Shown here one piece after another: positions 58,804 through 64,000 of a DNA stretch of 64,000 nt. The translations under genes and the position numbers were made by a program. The DNA comes from a virus. A model generated the notes under the pieces. The model was not told where the DNA came from, searched no databases, and worked only from the letters and a program-made list of their open reading frames with translations. Every line of letters begins with the position of its first letter. The first letter of the stretch is position 1. Where the stretch lies: positions 32,001-96,000 of the IMG/VR virus record IMGVR_UViG_3300032268_001483. One strand, written 5' to 3'.

Positions 58804-59061
58804 ATGAGTTACGAAAATAGAATTTTTTATATTTTAGATGTCTCTGAGTTGGATTTAGTTGACTTCTCACAAGTTTTAGAATCTTCTAAAGAAACAGTTA
58901 GGAAATCTGTAGATGAAACTAAAACATTTATAAAATTTGATAGTGATGCGCCGAAATTTCTTGACAATTTGAAATCCGCAGATGGACCGTATACATATGG
59001 TGAAATTATCGATATTTTGTCTGGAACAGCTTGGACTCCAGAATTGAACACTGAGAACTAA
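58804..59061 (+). CDS. Small conserved phage protein following LamG genes
   Basis: ELDLVDFSQVLESSKETVRKSVD.TKTFIK..YTYGEII. Confidence 0.7.
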   Translation: MSYENRIFYILDVSELDLVDFSQVLESSKETVRKSVDETKTFIKFDSDAPKFLDNLKSADGPYTYGEIIDILSGTAWTPELNTEN

Positions 59062-59067
59062 AGTAAT

Positions 59068-59337
59068 CTATTCCGTATCTTTTCTTATTACTCTATCTAG
59101 ATTTGATTTGGTGAATCCGTGTAGTGGTATACCACCCTTTCCCAGATAGTGTTGATATAGACTTTGATAGTCATCATATGTATACATATGTCCATCGAAT
59201 CCCATTAAAACTTCAGTATCTGATGAAGATAAAGTAACTCTTAATTCTTGTTCAGGGTATCCTGGACCCATTACGTGTTGACCGACTAATTCCCATCCTG
59301 ATATTGATTCATATTGATGAAACCGTTTAATCCTCAT
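59068..59337 (-). CDS. Hypothetical protein with leader
   Basis: Start reassigned to ATG 59337 (MRIKRFHQYES). Confidence 0.6.
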   Translation of the reverse strand: MRIKRFHQYESISGWELVGQHVMGPGYPEQELRVTLSSSDTEVLMGFDGHMYTYDDYQSLYQHYLGKGGIPLHGFTKSNLDRVIRKDTE

Positions 59338-59791
59338 TTTTATCAATTGTAATTTTTTCAAAGTATTCGTCTTGTATCGTCAAGACATAATGATTCTTTT
59401 TAACATTATAGTTCAAATTATAAAGAAACTTTTCGTATAAATTAGCGGTTTCACCCTTTTCTAAATGTAGTATACAACAGTCCTCTTCGAAATTGTTCTC
59501 AATTTTTATAATACTCTCACTTAGTTTTCCGTTCCTATCTGTTAAATCACAGATTATCTTGAAATTTCTCGCCATCAAATCACTAATCAACTCAACACAC
59601 ATATTTTTGGACAAATATAAATAATCTTTGATTTTGTAATCTATAACATGCTCTAATTTATCTAAAAAAGCGTTTTCTTCTTTAGTCAATTTCCTACCAA
59701 TTAGGATTTTATCTAGTATTTGGTTAACTCTGATATCTTGAATAGAATCCCTAAGTACTAGATACTTTTTTAAGTTTTCTTTTGGTTCCAT
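59327..59791 (-). CDS. Hypothetical protein with N-terminal NQILDKI..LTKEE motif
   Basis: Start reassigned to ATG 59791; TAATATATA on minus at 59800-59808. Confidence 0.6.
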   Translation of the reverse strand: MEPKENLKKYLVLRDSIQDIRVNQILDKILIGRKLTKEENAFLDKLEHVIDYKIKDYLYLSKNMCVELISDLMARNFKIICDLTDRNGKLSESIIKIENNFEEDCCILHLEKGETANLYEKFLYNLNYNVKKNHYVLTIQDEYFEKITIDKNED

Positions 59792-59900
59792 TATAGTAGT
59801 ATATATTAAAGACATAATTCAATTTTATATATACATTATATTTTTATTCAATAATTTGATGTTGTTGATTAAATAAAAATTTTTTTAGCCTTGAAACTAA

Positions 59901-62900
59901 ATGGATAAGAAACTTTTAGACGCCCTGAATAATTTATCGTTTGCCTTAGAAGAATTAGTTACTTCTATGAGCGAATCGAAGAAAGATAAGAATAAGTCTG
60001 CTACTTCTACAGCTTTGACATCTGGTAAAATTGAGAAGAAGTTAGAATTAATTAACAAGGGTATAAAAGATTTAAAATCCGACAATAAGAAAATTCTAAA
60101 GAATCAAGAGGAATTACTAAAAATAGCTAAGTCTCAAAAAAAGGAGTCAGTTGTTGGTGATGCTGGAGACCCGAAACAAAAAAGTAAAATTAAAGATGGT
60201 GTAGCAACAATTATATTGATAGCTGTTGGTGTTTTAGCAATAGGATTAGCCTTCAAAATAATTGGGAAAATAAACATTGTCACCGTATTAGCACTTGCTT
60301 TTGTCCTACCAATTTTGGCATATTCGTTTGAAAAAATTGCCAAATCAAAGGATTTGAATCCCAAACGTATGGAAGAAGTTACAAAAGTCATCATATGGAT
60401 GGCAGTTGCTGTGACTGGAGCTTCTTTTATTTTGAGCTTAATGGTACCATTATCGCTTCCGAAACTTATTTCAGCTGTATTAATTTCAGGAGCTTTTGTT
60501 GGATTCTCTTATGCTCTCCCGAACTTGATTAAAGGATTCAAAGGGATAACTGCTACAAGTATCAAAAATATGGTACTTTTCGGTCCATTAGTTTTACTGA
60601 CTTTGTCACTTGCTATTTCTTTATCCTCTTGGGTATTGCAGATGGTTAAACCAGTTGGATTTTTTAAATTATTTACCGCCATAATGATATCCGCCGCTTT
60701 CGTCGGATTAGCTTACTCTTTACCAAAGATTCTGAAGGCATTTAAGGGTGTTGAACCGATGAGTGTTGCTAATATGGTACTTTTCGGTCCGTTAATATTC
60801 GTAGCATTATCAGCAGCAATCGCTGGGTCCTCATGGATTTTACAGATGGTTAAACCGGTTGGATTTTTCAAACTTGTAACGGTGATACTAATTTCAGCGG
60901 CTTTTGCGGCTTTAGGATATGGACTTAACAAAATATTAACATCTTTTAAAGGAATTAGACCCGATGAGGCAGCAATTGCAGCGGCACTTATGCCAATTTT
61001 GTTTGTTGCATTAGCTCTTGCGATTACAGCATCCTCACTCATTTTTCAAAACATAAAAGTAGTAGGATTCTTCAAATTATTGACGGCTTTGATTATTGGA
61101 GTAATTTTTATACCATTAGCTTATGCCTTACCCTTTATTGCAAGGGCGATAAATGAAATTGATATAACAAAGGCTTGGATGATTCCAGTTGCATTGGTTT
61201 TGTTGGCGACAGCAATAATGGCATCTTCTTACTTATTCGACTTGACAGTACCAATACCTTTTATGAAACTATTGAATATATTATTTCAATCTATATTATT
61301 AGCCGCCATTGGTTTTGTATTCTCATTTGTAATTTCCATAATTGCTAAAATTTCAATTGGAGATATGTTGAAGGGTAGTGTGGTACTAATTGGACTCGCT
61401 GCTGTGGTGATGGTGAGCTCACTGATATTCAATTTAGGAACATATGAAAATTATCCTGGTTTATTTTGGGTATTAGGTGTCGCTGCCTCACTCGCTGCGT
61501 TCGCTTTTGGAGCATTAGCTATTGGTGGATTGGTTTTTGGTCCTCAAGCACTAGTTGTCGCAGCTGGATTAGCCGCTATTTTGGTGATAGCTGGTACAAT
61601 TGTTGCCGCTTCTTATATACTAAATGAGGGTTCGTATGACGCATATCCTGGTTTGTTTTGGATTGCAGGAGTTGGAGCTTCACTCACTGTTTTTTCAGCA
61701 CTTGCTGTAGCACTCGGAGTGACTGGATTATTGGCTATGATAGGACTCCCATTTATGATTTCAATTGCTAACACAATTGTTGAAATTTCAAATATACTTG
61801 GATCGGGGAAATATGATTTACCGGGATTTACAAATTGGGCATTAAACGTAGCTCTTTTATATGGAGTATTTACGCCTATACTATTGATTTTAGCCCCGAT
61901 TGCGGTTGCAAACGCGGTTGCTAGTGCCTTCGGGGCTAATCCTTGGAAAATGGCTGGTGATATGATGATTTCTATTGCTCAAACAATGGTAGATGTTTCG
62001 AATGTTTTGGCTAAAGGTAATTATAAGGGAGGTCCTACAGTGGAATGGGCTGGTGGAGTGGCTATTGCTTTAGGGGCTTTTGCTCCAATTTATGGAATGT
62101 TAGTCAGTAATAAAATTATGGAATTTTTAGGTGGTGGTGGAATAGGTCCAGATGACTTTAATCAGGCTATACGAACAGTTGTTGGTGGAATACAGTTTGC
62201 TGCTGATGCTTTTGCTGGTTTTTCACAAAAGGCATATCCTAAGAAAGAATGGGCTGAAGGGGTTGGTTTGGCAATTGGTGCATTTGCTCCAGTATATGCT
62301 ATTTTAGCTGCAAGTAAAGATGGTATTTTTACTAAGGGAGGTCCTACACCTGAAGAATACACTCGTGCTATTATGGTAGTTTGTCAAGGTATTCTTGATG
62401 CTGCCAATTTCTTTGGTGAGAATATAGCTTCCTTTGATTTAGAAAAAGTTCCTAAAAAAGAATGGGGTGAGCGTGTTGGTGGTGCTATTAAGGCTTTCTC
62501 ACCTGCTCTGGATTTCATTACTAAGAATGCTTCTTGGTGGGCCGGTGCTGATCCTGAAATAATAGGAAAAGCAATCCGAGCCACCGCATACGCTATTAGA
62601 GACTCTTCTTCTATATTAATAGATGGTAATTACACAGATGGTGTAAAAAAAGAATGGGTAGACAATACGAGTACTGCTGTAAGAGCTTATGTGGATCTAG
62701 CCATGTGGATGAATAAACAGAACGGTATGACTAGTGCAATGAATTTCTTCCACAGTGTAAGTCGAAACATATCAAATGTTTCCAATACTCTTGCTAATGG
62801 TACTTATACTGATAGTTTTACTGCAGAATGGGTAAAGATGTTAGATGATGGAGTTACATCTTATGTGCATTTAGCTATGTGGATTAATAAACAAAAAGGA

Positions 62901-63554
62901 TTAAAGGCAGCTATGAGGTTCTTCTATAACCAAGTTACTTGGTATATACTTAAAACCTCTGAAAGATTTAGCGAAATTGGTAAAAACATGAAAACTGTTG
63001 ATAAAAATTGGATGACAAACGTTAGCGATAACGTTAAAGAATACGTCATGTTAGCTCAATGGATAACAGAAAATAATGTTGACAGCGGAACAATTATGGA
63101 TACTGTGGATAGTATGTATAAAATGTCATTCGGATATTCAGCACTAGCCACTTCGATCAAGAAATTGAATTCAACATTAGAAGAACTGGATGTTGAAAAA
63201 TTGAATGCTCTTAGAAATTTAAATGCCTCTGTTGTATTAATGTCACTTATGGATCCTGACCAGTTTGCATCAATGATGGATGAGTTAGAAGATAAAGGTG
63301 GGGTATTGATAGATGCGTTGGAAGGTCTGGAGAGTAAAGAAGGTGAGGCTGAAAAGAGTGGTAAAAAAGCAGCACCGTCGCCTAAGTTGAAGACTAGTAC
63401 TGGCGCGGTTGAATCTCAGAAAACAATTTCAGATTTATTTGGTGTTATGCAATCTGTTGAATCTAAATTAGCAGAAATAGCTAAGCACTCAGACAAATTA
63501 TCAAAATATGTTGATGAAATTAGAGGAGATGATAATTGGATGAGAAAAAAATAA
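59901..63554 (+). CDS. Tape-measure-like protein with many hydrophobic tandem repeats
   Basis: 1217 aa; repeated PVGFFKL..ISAAF, YPGLFW, and (K/V)EW..V..AI.AF.P units. Confidence 0.65.
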   Translation: MDKKLLDALNNLSFALEELVTSMSESKKDKNKSATSTALTSGKIEKKLELINKGIKDLKSDNKKILKNQEELLKIAKSQKKESVVGDAGDPKQKSKIKDGVATIILIAVGVLAIGLAFKIIGKINIVTVLALAFVLPILAYSFEKIAKSKDLNPKRMEEVTKVIIWMAVAVTGASFILSLMVPLSLPKLISAVLISGAFVGFSYALPNLIKGFKGITATSIKNMVLFGPLVLLTLSLAISLSSWVLQMVKPVGFFKLFTAIMISAAFVGLAYSLPKILKAFKGVEPMSVANMVLFGPLIFVALSAAIAGSSWILQMVKPVGFFKLVTVILISAAFAALGYGLNKILTSFKGIRPDEAAIAAALMPILFVALALAITASSLIFQNIKVVGFFKLLTALIIGVIFIPLAYALPFIARAINEIDITKAWMIPVALVLLATAIMASSYLFDLTVPIPFMKLLNILFQSILLAAIGFVFSFVISIIAKISIGDMLKGSVVLIGLAAVVMVSSLIFNLGTYENYPGLFWVLGVAASLAAFAFGALAIGGLVFGPQALVVAAGLAAILVIAGTIVAASYILNEGSYDAYPGLFWIAGVGASLTVFSALAVALGVTGLLAMIGLPFMISIANTIVEISNILGSGKYDLPGFTNWALNVALLYGVFTPILLILAPIAVANAVASAFGANPWKMAGDMMISIAQTMVDVSNVLAKGNYKGGPTVEWAGGVAIALGAFAPIYGMLVSNKIMEFLGGGGIGPDDFNQAIRTVVGGIQFAADAFAGFSQKAYPKKEWAEGVGLAIGAFAPVYAILAASKDGIFTKGGPTPEEYTRAIMVVCQGILDAANFFGENIASFDLEKVPKKEWGERVGGAIKAFSPALDFITKNASWWAGADPEIIGKAIRATAYAIRDSSSILIDGNYTDGVKKEWVDNTSTAVRAYVDLAMWMNKQNGMTSAMNFFHSVSRNISNVSNTLANGTYTDSFTAEWVKMLDDGVTSYVHLAMWINKQKGLKAAMRFFYNQVTWYILKTSERFSEIGKNMKTVDKNWMTNVSDNVKEYVMLAQWITENNVDSGTIMDTVDSMYKMSFGYSALATSIKKLNSTLEELDVEKLNALRNLNASVVLMSLMDPDQFASMMDELEDKGGVLIDALEGLESKEGEAEKSGKKAAPSPKLKTSTGAVESQKTISDLFGVMQSVESKLAEIAKHSDKLSKYVDEIRGDDNWMRKK

Positions 63555-63604
63555 AAAAATTTTACACATACTTCAACTAATTAAATAATTGATATATAAT
63601 TGGT

Positions 63605-64000
63605 ATGAAGAGAATCTCATATTTAAAGAGGATTAAACTTTTTTTGGAATTTAGATCGACATTAAAAAAACTAAAGTTCGAATTAGAAGATAATTTCAAT
63701 GCTAGGGTTGATAGATCGTCCAGAATCTATACAGTTATTAATATCCCACCTTCTCTAATAGAAGAACCCTACAACATCAGAAAAGAAGACATCGACTCAC
63801 TCGCTAAAAATTTCATACAAGACTATACAAAAAAACTTTCTGTTTTCTTGAACTCAAAGAACTTATTTGAGATGTATGACTTTTATGAAATTAGAAAAGT
63901 TGATAAGTATAGTTACCTATTAGTTTTTGGTTTTTCTCTATTTAACTCAACTAATTTCTTATTAAGATTTTATACACTCTTGTCTCTTTTGACAATATCA
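63605..64000 (+). CDS. Hypothetical protein, partial (runs off window end)
   Basis: Translated by hand: MKRISYLKRIKLFLEFRS..., open to 64000; ATATATA just upstream. Confidence 0.7.
   Translation, partial: MKRISYLKRIKLFLEFRSTLKKLKFELEDNFNARVDRSSRIYTVINIPPSLIEEPYNIRKEDIDSLAKNFIQDYTKKLSVFLNSKNLFEMYDFYEIRKVDKYSYLLVFGFSLFNSTNFLLRFYTLLSLLTIS

Noticed and set aside
60400-61100. Diversity-generating retroelement template/variable repeat pair
   Set aside because: Repeats are in-frame protein repeats within one gene, differences are not adenine-specific, and there is no reverse transcriptase in the window.
1-64000. CRISPR array, tRNA or rRNA genes
   Set aside because: No equally spaced direct repeats with unique spacers and no cloverleaf with a T-loop were seen by eye; tRNAscan was not run.
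1-64000. Stop-codon reassignment as in some large phages
   Set aside because: Conserved enzymes are full length under the standard code and end on TAG (glmS) or TGA (paaA) at expected C-termini.
1-64000. Eukaryotic giant virus origin (suggested by GNA1, nrdB, aaRS-like gene)
   Set aside because: Endolysin, SLT, gp13-like neck, umuDC, lipoproteins and rho-independent terminators indicate a bacteriophage.

Overview
A 64 kb AT-rich segment of a large, T4-related (Tevenvirinae-like) tailed bacteriophage genome using the standard genetic code. The host is probably a member of Bacteroidota: the phage encodes Bacteroidota-style lipoproteins, gene starts are A/T-rich without Shine-Dalgarno sites, and glmS/paaA look Bacteroidota-like (inference). 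Recognisable genes are umuC plus a umuD-like gene, grpE, dnaJ, guaC, nrdB, glmS, a GNA1-type GlcN-6-P acetyltransferase, paaA, NADAR, pterin carbinolamine dehydratase, an anticodon-less class II aaRS paralogue, a GH19 endolysin, an SLT transglycosylase, a gp13-like neck protein, a probable sliding clamp and UvsY-like protein, and three free-standing homing endonucleases. A 12.7 kb Ser/Thr-rich virion fibre block and a tape-measure-like protein follow. Patterns the ORF track does not show: (1) about 20 unrelated ORFs share an N-terminal MK(Y/H)(L/I)Kx(F/Y)E(S/N)F leader resembling the T4 capsid-targeting sequence. (2) A recurrent TAATATATA promoter-like motif precedes many genes. (3) A compact promoter-pseudoknot-terminator RNA lies upstream of the guaC unit, and a 230-nt multi-hairpin leader with a pseudoknot and an alternative pairing lies upstream of the SLT gene. 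(4) A 501-codon gene is split at an A9 tract. (5) Several small lipoproteins were missed, and two lipoproteins (one missed, one on the track) are rich in Bacteroidota O-glycosylation sequons. No tRNA, rRNA or CRISPR array was seen. All assignments come from motifs read by eye; no database search was run.
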